From the NCBI GenBank assembly GCA_965218555.1, contig OZ244625.1:247492-311491 (forward strand): a stretch of 64,000 nucleotides of DNA, in the 5' to 3' direction. This DNA comes from Bryobacterales bacterium. Its GTDB lineage: Bacteria > Acidobacteriota > Terriglobia > Bryobacterales > UBA6623. The translations under genes and the position numbers were made by a program. Below are positions 46,785 through 55,492 of the stretch, in pieces; the first letter of the stretch is position 1, and the number at the start of each line of letters is the position of its first letter. The notes under the pieces were generated by a model. It made no database searches. It was given only the letters and a program-made list of their open reading frames with translations, and had not been told where the DNA came from.

Positions 46785-47294
46785 TTAGATACCGGCATTT
46801 CCGCCTGCGCCGGGACTGACGGGCGCCGGCTCACGGATCGAGTCTTGAATGTTAGGATACGCTCGCACGCTGCTGCTACGGTCAATTGCCGCCACGAATG
46901 AAGCAGGCGTCCTAGCTGCGAAGCGGGCAATCCGGTGTCTTCCCTTCACCAATAGCTCGGCGATATCCGACCCCGTCGCGTTTTTTGCCCGAATCACGAT
47001 GACCCGCGCTGCATTCCTCATCATGGATTCGAGTTCAGCAGTTCGGTAACGGATGTTCTTGTCTTTCGTGAGCGCAACCCAACCCATCCGTCCAACAAGC
47101 GCAATCCAATCTTCGTCCGGCGCGTCCGGCGGAAGGTGCTCGTCGTGCACCTCAACCTTCATCCCTGCCGAACGAAGCCTGTCTGCGATGATGTGCTTTC
47201 CAAGGTTGCGATCCAGGAAAAGGATGGGCTCTTCACGCTGCCAGTCTGAGCTCACATCGGATCGCTTCTTCGATTTCCGCTGCGTCGCGCTCAT
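46785..47294 (-). CDS. PIN-like (DUF5615-type) toxin candidate
   Basis: ILFLDRNLGKHIIADRLRSAGMKVEVHDEHLPPDAPDEDWIALVGRMGWVALTKDKNIRY has the acidic D...D...D/T-K-D layout of DUF5615/PIN-like partners of DUF433 antitoxins. The start is uncertain (ATG 47294 or GTG 47255). Both overlap the upstream gene. Confidence 0.65.
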   Translation of the reverse strand: MSATQRKSKKRSDVSSDWQREEPILFLDRNLGKHIIADRLRSAGMKVEVHDEHLPPDAPDEDWIALVGRMGWVALTKDKNIRYRTAELESMMRNAARVIVIRAKNATGSDIAELLVKGRHRIARFAARTPASFVAAIDRSSSVRAYPNIQDSIREPAPVSPGAGGNAGI

Positions 47295-47925
47295 AGTCTT
47301 GGGCTAACTGGCTGACCGACTCACCAGCTTTGCAGCGCTCGGCTATAACCTGGGTGGCGAGTCCGGTTCCGGCGATGACAGGTCGACCGGCGGATAGCTT
47401 CGGGTCGATGACGACCATCGCCGGCGCGTCTTCCATGGCGGTTCGGGTAAACGGATAGAGCTTGACGGGTACGCCTTGGGGGTCACGCTCGATCCGACGC
47501 AGGGCGGCGCTGATGATTTCTCGCATGGCCATCTGATCCCCTTGACTGATATTGATCAGTTGCCCATATTGCTCAATGAACAGATCGAGGCCATCTGTTT
47601 CCAGCTTGCAACTGATCAACGGATGCCGCCGGTCAGGCGCATCCAGAACATTCTCCACCAGGTACTCGATGGCCTTTCGGACCTTTGGCATCGATACGAC
47701 ATGCTTGCGCCGGATGGCGGCGAGAACATGCAGTTCTGTGAGATCAAGGAATGAAAGCAGCGTCGGGGAGAGCTGGGACGCCACAATAAGTGGCTCGTAG
47801 TCGCCTTGGCCCACCGACCAGTACCGAACGGTCGCCGCCGGCACGGTGAGGTAATGCGCCGCTTCCGAGATCGTGTAGGCGGGTAGCTCGCGGAGATCGT
47901 CCGTTTGCGCTCGGCGTCCGAACAT
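47233..47925 (-). CDS. DUF433-domain antitoxin candidate with N-terminal HTH extension
   Basis: ATG 47925 is preceded by AGGGGAGGAAACCTG. The N-terminus YTISEAAHYLTVPAATVRYW is HTH-like. The C-terminus VIDPKLSAGRPVIAGTGLATQVIAERCKAGESVSQLAQDYERDAAEIEEAI is the DUF433 core. Confidence 0.75.
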   Translation of the reverse strand: MFGRRAQTDDLRELPAYTISEAAHYLTVPAATVRYWSVGQGDYEPLIVASQLSPTLLSFLDLTELHVLAAIRRKHVVSMPKVRKAIEYLVENVLDAPDRRHPLISCKLETDGLDLFIEQYGQLINISQGDQMAMREIISAALRRIERDPQGVPVKLYPFTRTAMEDAPAMVVIDPKLSAGRPVIAGTGLATQVIAERCKAGESVSQLAQDYERDAAEIEEAIRCELRLAA

Positions 47926-48493
47926 CAGGTTTCCTCCCCTGTACAAATCACGATCTTCTGAGTCAGAAACTAGTATAGCGGGCTCCTCACCCTCGATCCA
48001 TACGGTTTGAACAACTCCGTCTATGAATGGCTTCACACTCCGCCGGAAGTCGATCCATCTCTTCGGGATTGGCTCCGAGCACTACAGGTGCAATCCTTCC
48101 TTGCGATCGACAAAACTCATGATCGGTACAAGGGAAGACAGGATCGGGGGAGTCATTGCTGCTTGGCATATGAATCTGGCCGGGCTGGTCTGTTCGCGGC
48201 GGGGGCGTGCCAGCGCGCCTCTGTCAACACACTTTTTGCACACTGGCAAGGGCGCAAACGTCGAAGTAAACCATCAGGGAACGTTATACTCGGGTGATAC
48301 GCTGGTTCCTGATGGATACACTGCGTGCGAACGTCGAATCAGACCATCAAGGTGCGCTATACTGAGGCGCCGAGATGGGGCGGAGAGAACCACTACAGCG
48401 AGAGAATCCCCCTTCTCCCAGAGGGGCTTCCGCCCCCCGCCGTCTGGTGGTCGGCTTTTCCCGGTTGACGGGTCCACGGGCTCCCAGGATCTG

Positions 48494-48823
48494 ATGACAG
48501 GCTATCGAGAGTCCGGCTACCCGTTGATTCAGGCTCGCGGGCAGGAAGGACGCTTCGAATACCAGGGGCTGTCATTGCGGCTCGGGTTGTTTCACGACGA
48601 AGAGGGCTGGTACATCGGCGTACACATGTCTTCCGGGCGCATGTGCGCTCGGCTCAGCTTGGAGCACGCCCGCAGCCAAAAAGAGGCAAATGACATGTTG
48701 AGGTACGGGTTCTTCCTGCGAACCGAGGAAGTGCCCGAACTTGTGGAACATCTGCAGTCGATCGGTCTGCTTTCCGTACCAACGCCGGCGGCCTTGGAAG
48801 ACCCGGTCGAGAACCCCGTCTAG
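48494..48823 (+). CDS. hypothetical protein
   Basis: Only the last ~110 codons of the 266-aa ORF-track call look protein-like (MTGYRESGYPLIQARGQEGRFEYQGLSLRLGLFHDEEGWYIGVHM...). No motif recognised. The TAG stop coincides with the TA target of MITE copy D. Confidence 0.3.
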   Translation: MTGYRESGYPLIQARGQEGRFEYQGLSLRLGLFHDEEGWYIGVHMSSGRMCARLSLEHARSQKEANDMLRYGFFLRTEEVPELVEHLQSIGLLSVPTPAALEDPVENPV

Positions 48824-49001
48824 CCTGCATATCTCACCACCTGACGGGGGAAGCACGCGATAAGACCGCCATGACTTCGTTGCGCTTGCTGGCCGTGCTC
48901 GACGTACGGTCAAGTACACCTGCGCGCGCCAAGCGCCTCGCGCCTCGTCCTGACGGCCCTCTCACGCACTTCGTTTCCCCACGTGGTGAGAAATGCAGGC
49001 T
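48821..49001 (+). mobile_element. family-1 MITE-like element, copy D (TA-flanked)
   Basis: TA|GCCTGCATATCTCACCAC...GTGGTGAGAAATGCAGGC|TA, 60 nt upstream of the acyl-CoA synthetase start. Confidence 0.75.
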
Positions 49002-49060
49002 AGCCGAGACGGATCTATATCCTCTCGGCCCGTCCAAGACATCGCTTCCGTGCGGGGCTG

Positions 49061-50695
49061 TTGTACAATGCCCACGCCATGAAGAGCTATGTCGGGGGAC
49101 CGAACGGCGTGCTCATCGAGAAGACCATCGATCAGGTCTTCCGCCGCACCGTAGCTCGAGACCCCGACCACGAAGCGCTGGTGTCGCGGCACCAGGCCCT
49201 GCGGCTCAGCTACGGCGAACTGTCCAGAGAGGTGTCCCGCACGGCCGCCGGCCTGTGGGGCCTGGGCATCCGGCCGGGCGACCGCGTCGGGATGTGGGCC
49301 TATTCGTGCGCGGAATGGGTGTACCTGCAACTGTCCACGGCCCGTATCGGTGCGGTGCTGGTCAACGTCAACCCGAACTACCGCGCGGACGACCTGCGCT
49401 ACATCCTCGATCGGTCACGCATGAAAGCGATCTTCCTCCACGAAAAGGACAACCGCGCGGACTATCGGGACGTCCTCAATCAGGCGCGTGCGGGCGCAGA
49501 GTTGCCGCTTGCGCACGCGGTGTTTCTGGGGACGAGTTCCTGGGACGAAATGATCGCCGCCGGGGAGCGGCCTGCACCGCCCGAACTGGACCCGAACGAC
49601 GTCGTCAACATTCAATACACTTCCGGGACCACGGGCAAACCCAAGGGGGTGATGCTCACTCACCGGAACCTGCTGAACAACGCCCACCTCGTCGGCAGCT
49701 CGATGCATTGGAGCGCTGCGGATCGTCTGTGCCTCGCCGTACCGATGTATCACTGCTTCGGGTGCGTGATGGGTTCGCTGGCATGCGTTGTTTTCGGCGC
49801 GACCCTGGTGATGCCCTCGGCGGTGTTCAATCCGGCGGCCGTCATCGAGACGATCGACCGGGAGCGCTGCACGACGATCTACGGCGTGCCGACGATGTTC
49901 ATCGCAGAGATGGAGCATCCCAAGTTTCCCGAGCACGACATGAGTTCGCTGCGCACGGGCATCATGGCGGGCGCGCCGTGCCCGGTCGAGCTGATGAAGC
50001 GCATCGTGAGCGAAATGCACTGCCCGGAGATGACCATCGCCTACGGGCAGACGGAGGCTTCGCCGGTGATCACGCAATCATCGACGACCGACAGTCTGGC
50101 GGTGCGCGTCTCGACCGTCGGACGCGTGCTGCCCGAGACGGAGGTGAAGATCATCGATCGGGAGACCGGCGAAACGGTCGAGGCGGGCGCGCAAGGAGAA
50201 CTCTGCACGCGCGGCTACCTCGTCATGAAGGGTTACGACCAGGACCCGGAAGGGACGGCCCGCGCCATCGATGCGGAAGGATGGCTGCATACCGGCGACT
50301 TGGCGACGATGCGGGAAGACGGAAACTTCCGCATTACGGGCCGGCTCAAAGAGATGATCATCCGCGGCGGCGAGAACATCTATCCGCGGGAAATCGAAGA
50401 GTTCCTGCACCAGCACCCCAAGGTGGCGGATGTGTACGTTGTCGGCCTGCCGGATGAGCGGCTCGGGGAACGGGTGCTGGCCTGGGTGCGCGTTCAACCC
50501 GGCGAGACCGCCACGGAGGAAGAAATCCGCGCCTATTGCCGCGGGCGCATCGCGCACTTCAAGATCCCGGAGTACATCCGGTTTGTCGACGAGTTCCCGA
50601 TGACCGTGACGGGAAAGGTGCAGAAGTTCATCATCCGCGAGAGAGAGATCGAGCTGCGGAAGTTGGCCGGCGTGGCTCAGGCGGAGACGGCTTAG
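49061..50695 (+). CDS. AMP-dependent acyl-CoA synthetase/ligase
   Basis: AMP-binding signature IQYTSGTTGKPKGVMLTHRN, YGQTEASP, GWLHTGDLA and IIRGGENIYPREIEE, with the terminal PMTVTGKVQKF lysine motif. Confidence 0.92.
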   Translation: MYNAHAMKSYVGGPNGVLIEKTIDQVFRRTVARDPDHEALVSRHQALRLSYGELSREVSRTAAGLWGLGIRPGDRVGMWAYSCAEWVYLQLSTARIGAVLVNVNPNYRADDLRYILDRSRMKAIFLHEKDNRADYRDVLNQARAGAELPLAHAVFLGTSSWDEMIAAGERPAPPELDPNDVVNIQYTSGTTGKPKGVMLTHRNLLNNAHLVGSSMHWSAADRLCLAVPMYHCFGCVMGSLACVVFGATLVMPSAVFNPAAVIETIDRERCTTIYGVPTMFIAEMEHPKFPEHDMSSLRTGIMAGAPCPVELMKRIVSEMHCPEMTIAYGQTEASPVITQSSTTDSLAVRVSTVGRVLPETEVKIIDRETGETVEAGAQGELCTRGYLVMKGYDQDPEGTARAIDAEGWLHTGDLATMREDGNFRITGRLKEMIIRGGENIYPREIEEFLHQHPKVADVYVVGLPDERLGERVLAWVRVQPGETATEEEIRAYCRGRIAHFKIPEYIRFVDEFPMTVTGKVQKFIIREREIELRKLAGVAQAETA

Positions 50696-50785
50696 GGCCG
50701 TAACGTAGGTCTTCCACAAGCCGGTCGAGCCGCGTCCCGTCCACTTGCCTATAATGCGGACAGTTGCTGAGCGGCGGCACGGAGA

Positions 50786-51685
50786 TTGGTGATCATGAAA
50801 CGACGAGAGCTCCTGAAGATGGTACCCGCGGCGGCTTGCGGAGGCTTTGGGTCGGCCGCGGACGGCGCCGCGCCGAAGTCGATGGGAGGCCCGGCACGCA
50901 TCAAGTCGGCGCTGTGCGCCTACTCGTACCGCAAGGAGCTGGCGTCCGGCGCGATGAGCTATGAAGATCTTGTCGACGTGGCCGTCGAGAATGATATCGA
51001 CGGACTCGACCTCACTGTCTATTGGCTCCCGAAAACCGGTCTTGACGAATATCTGATTTCACTGCGGCGCAAGGCCTACGTTTCCGCGGTCGAGATCCCG
51101 GCCATCGCGATCCGCTCGGACCTGTGCAAAGGCGACGCGCGGCAACAGGAGGTCGAGGTCGCCTGGCTGAGCTATTGGGTCGATGTTGCGAACAAGCTCG
51201 GCGCGAGCCATATCCGGGTGTTCGGAGGTAGAGTTCCCAAAGGAGCAACGGAAGATCAGGCCGCGGGGTGGGTAGTCGAGACCCTCAAGCGCGCCGCCGA
51301 ATACGCCGGCAAGAAGGGCGTCATCCTCGGTCTCGAGAATCACGGGGGCATTACCCTCTATGCCGAGCGTGTGGTGCAGATGGTCAAGGCGGTCGACAAT
51401 CCCTGGGTGGGGATCAATCTCGACACCGGCAACTTCAAGCGCGATCCCTATCGCGAGATCGAGATGTGCGTGCCCTACGCCGTGAATTCGCAGTTCAAGA
51501 CATCGATCCGGTTCGAAGACGGCCGGCGCGCGCCGTGCGACTGGGAACGCGTAATGAAGATGTTCGCGGGGAGCGGGTACAAAGGCTACATCTCGCTGGA
51601 GTACTCCGGGGAGGAACCGGTGGAAACGGCAGTGCCGAAGTACCTCGGGCAACTCCGTGATTTGAGCCGGAAGTATTCGGCCTGA
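50786..51685 (+). CDS. sugar phosphate isomerase/epimerase (xylose-isomerase-like TIM barrel), Tat-exported
   Basis: Leader MKRRELLKMVPAAACGGFG. Family blocks HIRVFGG, LGLENHGG and NLDTGNF. Confidence 0.85.
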   Translation: MVIMKRRELLKMVPAAACGGFGSAADGAAPKSMGGPARIKSALCAYSYRKELASGAMSYEDLVDVAVENDIDGLDLTVYWLPKTGLDEYLISLRRKAYVSAVEIPAIAIRSDLCKGDARQQEVEVAWLSYWVDVANKLGASHIRVFGGRVPKGATEDQAAGWVVETLKRAAEYAGKKGVILGLENHGGITLYAERVVQMVKAVDNPWVGINLDTGNFKRDPYREIEMCVPYAVNSQFKTSIRFEDGRRAPCDWERVMKMFAGSGYKGYISLEYSGEEPVETAVPKYLGQLRDLSRKYSA

Positions 51686-51712
51686 AGCCGCTTCTTGCTG
51701 CAACGGTCGCGT

Positions 51713-51752
51713 TAGCCTGCGTATCTCCCCACATGGGGAGATACGCAGGCTA
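51713..51752. repeat. family-1 mini element: the two terminal inverted repeats only, forming a perfect 17-bp hairpin (TA-flanked)
   Basis: TA|GCCTGCGTATCTCCCC-ACAT-GGGGAGATACGCAGGC|TA, 28 nt after the stop of the gene ending at 51685. Confidence 0.8.
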
Positions 51753-51783
51753 AAATACAGGGTCGCCGCGACACGAAACCGTC

Positions 51784-52437
51784 TTGCATAAAAACGTCGT
51801 TCTCGCTGTCATTGTCTCGGCGCTGCTCGTCTGTTTTGTCTTCGCCAGTTGGAAGCTGGGGCTGATCGGGCGCCTCAGCAACTACGACCAACTGGTCATG
51901 ACGATGCGCGGCGAGGGTTCGTGGGGTCCGCTGGTCTGCATCGGTATTCAGTTTGTGCAGGTTGTCATCTTCGCCATACCCGGCGAGATCACGCAGCTTG
52001 CGGCCGGCTATGTTTTTGGAGCCTGGAAAGGCTTTCTCTACGCGATCGCGGGGATCATGCTGGGGTCGGCATGCAACTACTCGTTCGCGCGGCTGGTCGG
52101 ACGTCCGGTGATGGAAAAGGTGGTGGGAAGAAGGCGGCTGGAGCGCATCGACAAGCTGTTCGGATCGCACAAGGGAAAATCAGCTCTGTTCGTCTTGTTC
52201 CTGCTTCCCGGCCTGCCCAAGGATGCGATGTCATACGCCGCGGGTCTGACTCAACTGAAGGTGGGTGAATTTGTAGTGATCTCCGGGTTGGCGCGCATGC
52301 CGGCGCTGTTGTTCAGCACTTTGATTGGTTCGCAGCTTTATGACCGTGACTACGGAGCGATGATCATGACCGCCGTCATCGGCGGTGCGGTGATTGGCGC
52401 GTTTTACTGGTACCAGAAGAAGTTTATACCGGCATGA
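51784..52437 (+). CDS. TVP38/TMEM64 (DedA-related) family membrane protein
   Basis: TTG start. IQFVQVVIFAIPGEITQLAAGYVFGAWKGFLYAIAGIMLGSACNYSFARLVGRP...LLPGLPKDAMSYAAGLT. Confidence 0.8.
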   Translation: MHKNVVLAVIVSALLVCFVFASWKLGLIGRLSNYDQLVMTMRGEGSWGPLVCIGIQFVQVVIFAIPGEITQLAAGYVFGAWKGFLYAIAGIMLGSACNYSFARLVGRPVMEKVVGRRRLERIDKLFGSHKGKSALFVLFLLPGLPKDAMSYAAGLTQLKVGEFVVISGLARMPALLFSTLIGSQLYDRDYGAMIMTAVIGGAVIGAFYWYQKKFIPA

Positions 52438-53264
52438 TCCGAGTGATGAGTGCGGAAGATATCCAGGCGGGAATGCGCCTGAAGGAAGCGGCCGGCTGGA
52501 ACCAAACGACCAGAGACTGGGCAAACTTGCTGGCGATCGAGCCCCCAGGGTGCTGGGTGTACGAGGTGGGCGGCGTCGTGGCGGGCTCGACGACGGCCGT
52601 TCTTTATGGACTGGAGTTGGCGTGGATCGGCATGGTGCTCGTGCTGCCCGAGTATCGCGGCCGAGGGATTGCACGGCAGTTGATGCAGCACGCGCTGCGA
52701 TACCTCGACGAACGCGGCGTGAGATGCGTAAAGCTCGATGCCACCGACATGGGCAAACCTCTCTACGAGCAATTGGGATTCGTCGATGAGGCCTTGATTG
52801 AACGCTGGGCAGGGGTCTTCGATGCAGGCAATGCCGAAGAGTCGGGGACCGGACTCGACCGGCTTGTTGACATCGCTTCGATTGCAGCACCGGATCGAGA
52901 GTCATTCGGCGCTGACAGGAGCCGTTTGCTACGGCGGCTGCTCGAAGTCTTTCCACACGACGCAATGTGCTTGCCGGGAGGTTACGTGATGGGACGACCC
53001 GGCTCAAACGCGCATTTCCTCGGCCCGTGCATCGCGCACCACCCGGCTGACGCCCGACGGCTCATGGCGCACGTTTTGGCGCGGCACTCCGGGACTCCCC
53101 TGTTCTGGGATCTGCTCCCGGCCAACGAAGAGGCCGTGGCGCTGGCCCGGTGGTTCGGGTTCGAGCCCCGGCGCAAGTTGTGGCGGATGACGCGCGCGAG
53201 CGCAGGCTGCCCCTCCGGGAACGTGCGGCAGGTTTTCGCGGCCGCGGGATTCGAATACGGTTAG
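52434..53264 (+). CDS. GNAT-family N-acetyltransferase
   Basis: WIGMVLVLPEYRGRGIARQLMQHAL...KLDATDMGKPLYEQLGF is the acetyl-CoA-binding motif A region. ATGA overlap with the upstream gene. Confidence 0.8.
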   Translation: MIRVMSAEDIQAGMRLKEAAGWNQTTRDWANLLAIEPPGCWVYEVGGVVAGSTTAVLYGLELAWIGMVLVLPEYRGRGIARQLMQHALRYLDERGVRCVKLDATDMGKPLYEQLGFVDEALIERWAGVFDAGNAEESGTGLDRLVDIASIAAPDRESFGADRSRLLRRLLEVFPHDAMCLPGGYVMGRPGSNAHFLGPCIAHHPADARRLMAHVLARHSGTPLFWDLLPANEEAVALARWFGFEPRRKLWRMTRASAGCPSGNVRQVFAAAGFEYG

Positions 53265-53267
53265 AAC

Positions 53268-54374
53268 ATGCAGACAACGATCATTCTCAGAAGGGTGTCC
53301 ATTCCTTTCCGGGAGCCCTTTCGCATCTCGAACGGTGTAGCCGCCGCCACCGACAGCGTCATCGTCGAGATCCGGCGGGGAGGGCTCTCGGGATTCGGCG
53401 AGGCAGGGCCGTTGCCCGGCGGCGCTTACTCCTCGGAGACGGCGGCGTCGAGCTGGACACGGCTGCAGGAGAAGCTCATTCCCCTGTGGCTGGAATCGAG
53501 CTTCGGCCATCCGGCGGAGGTGGGGCCGGCGCTGGATGCCGTTCCCGGCGAGGCTTTCGCGCGTGCGGCGTTGGAAGGCGCGTCGTGGGACCTGGCCGCT
53601 GCGGAGTCGGGGGAGCCGTTGTGGCGGATGCTGGGCTCACAGGTGAGGCCGGTCGAGTCCGGCGTGGCGATCGGGATCTTCGATACGCTGGACGAGTTGT
53701 TGGAACGAGTCGAGACGTACCTCGCACAGGGGTACCGCCGCACGAAGATCAAGATTCAGCCGGGATGGGATATTGAGCCGGTCCGGGCGATTCGCGAGCG
53801 ATTCGGGGCGATCCCGCTGATGGTTGACGCGAATACGGCTTACACCTTGGCCGACGCCGATGTGTTCCGGGAATTGGACTGCTTCGATCTGATGATGTTC
53901 GAGCAGCCGTTGGCGGGACCGGCCCTCGCGGACCTGGCGGAACTGCAGCGTCAGGTCGAGACACCTGTTTGCGCCGATGAATCGGCGGATAGCCAGGAGG
54001 CGCTTGTGACGATGATCGAGCTGGGATCGGCGAAGATCATCAACATCAAGATCCAGCGCGTCGGCGGCCTCACGAACGCTCTTCGAATGCACGACCGGGC
54101 GCGGGAAGCCGGAATGGGCATCTGGCTCGGCACGATGCCTGAATTGGGCGTTGCTTCGGCCCAGGGTTTACATTTGGCAACTCTTCCGGGCTTCAACTAC
54201 CCCACGGATGTCGAAGCCTCCGAGCGCTGGTACGAAGACGACCTTGTCGACCCGTTGATTTCGCTCGGCGACGACGGCTGTATCCACATCCCCGGCGGCC
54301 CCGGCATGGGCTACGGTGTTGACCGCGCCAAGCTGGACAGCTACACAACCCGGAAAGCGGAATACTCCACGTGA
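53268..54374 (+). CDS. enolase-superfamily enzyme, o-succinylbenzoate synthase / N-acylamino-acid racemase subgroup
   Basis: Catalytic pattern RRTKIKIQPG (KxK), LMVDAN (D), MFEQP (E), CADES (D) and INIKIQRVGG (K). Confidence 0.8.
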   Translation: MQTTIILRRVSIPFREPFRISNGVAAATDSVIVEIRRGGLSGFGEAGPLPGGAYSSETAASSWTRLQEKLIPLWLESSFGHPAEVGPALDAVPGEAFARAALEGASWDLAAAESGEPLWRMLGSQVRPVESGVAIGIFDTLDELLERVETYLAQGYRRTKIKIQPGWDIEPVRAIRERFGAIPLMVDANTAYTLADADVFRELDCFDLMMFEQPLAGPALADLAELQRQVETPVCADESADSQEALVTMIELGSAKIINIKIQRVGGLTNALRMHDRAREAGMGIWLGTMPELGVASAQGLHLATLPGFNYPTDVEASERWYEDDLVDPLISLGDDGCIHIPGGPGMGYGVDRAKLDSYTTRKAEYST

Positions 54375-55222
54375 TCGTCCAACGACGGCGTTACGATTGG
54401 CGGATTCGCGACCGCAGCTTCACGCTGGGCGCGCGCACCCTGATCATGGGCGTGGTCAGCCTGGAGAACGAGGGCGAAGGGAAGCGCATCGAGCCCGGGC
54501 AGGTGTTTGACAGAGCCCGCGAACTCGAACGCCAGGGCGCAGACCTGATCGAGTTGCACGCCGGTCCGATCTATATCGGCTCGCGGCCTCTCAGCGCCGA
54601 TGAGGAACTCCGGAAGCTCGTACCGGTTTTGCGGAAGCTGCGGCACAACCTTGACACACCGCTTTCCATCAACACCTACAACGCCGCAACGGCCGAGCGG
54701 GCGGTTGAGCTCGGCGTGCAGATCATCAATGATGTCAGCGGTCTGGCGTTCGACCCCAAGCTGGCGGGAGTGATCAACCAATCCAACGTGGGACTGATCC
54801 TGACCCATCTGCGCGGTACGCCCGACACCTGGAAACGGTTGTCGACCTTGCCGGATCTGGTGGCGACGATCGGGCGCGACCTGGGGTCGAGCCTGGCGCG
54901 AGCGCGACGGGCCGGCATCGACCGGCGACGCATCGTCATCGATCCCGGCTTGGATCTCGGCAAACGGGGGCTCGAGAACTTTCGCGTCCTGACGCAGTTG
55001 GATCGCCTGGCGCAGCTTCAGCAGCCCATCCTGGTGAGTCCTTCCCGCAAACGGTTCATGACCGGATCGGTGCGTGCAACCGATCGGGAGTGGACCTTGG
55101 CCGCGGCGGCTTTGTCTACGATCGCGATCTACGGCGGGGCGCACATCGTCCGCGTGCACGAGGTGGAAGCGGTCGCACAGGCGGCGAAGGCGGCGGATCG
55201 GGTTTTCGAGCTGGAGAACTGA
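54371..55222 (+). CDS. dihydropteroate-synthase-like pterin-binding (DHPS fold) protein with non-canonical substrate loops
   Basis: Conserved blocks are IINDVSGL, LTHLRGTP, IVIDPGLDLGK, ILVSPSRKRFM and GAHIVRVHEV. The canonical NVTPDSFSDGG and GGESTRPG loops are replaced by SLENEGEGKRIE and HAGPIYIGSRPL. Confidence 0.65.
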   Translation: MIVQRRRYDWRIRDRSFTLGARTLIMGVVSLENEGEGKRIEPGQVFDRARELERQGADLIELHAGPIYIGSRPLSADEELRKLVPVLRKLRHNLDTPLSINTYNAATAERAVELGVQIINDVSGLAFDPKLAGVINQSNVGLILTHLRGTPDTWKRLSTLPDLVATIGRDLGSSLARARRAGIDRRRIVIDPGLDLGKRGLENFRVLTQLDRLAQLQQPILVSPSRKRFMTGSVRATDREWTLAAAALSTIAIYGGAHIVRVHEVEAVAQAAKAADRVFELEN

Positions 55223-55492
55223 AAGGCGCTGTGAACGGGCTGCTGCTTCGCTCGGTCTTCCTCGTCAAGACTGTACCCCTTGCGGCGGGCTGCCGGAAAC
55301 CTCCGGACGCAGTGACGGAAGAAGCGTTGAGCAGACCGTTCCCTTGGGAAGCGGCGGTCGAGCCGATCGCTGTCCGGCGAAGCGCCCGCCCCCCGGAGTG
55401 CTCGAAGGGGGTTATCTACATACGTTGACCTCGAGTGTTTCCCTCCCCGGGCCACTTGAGCGGTTACAGGCGGTTGTGTTCAGGGGAAGCAC

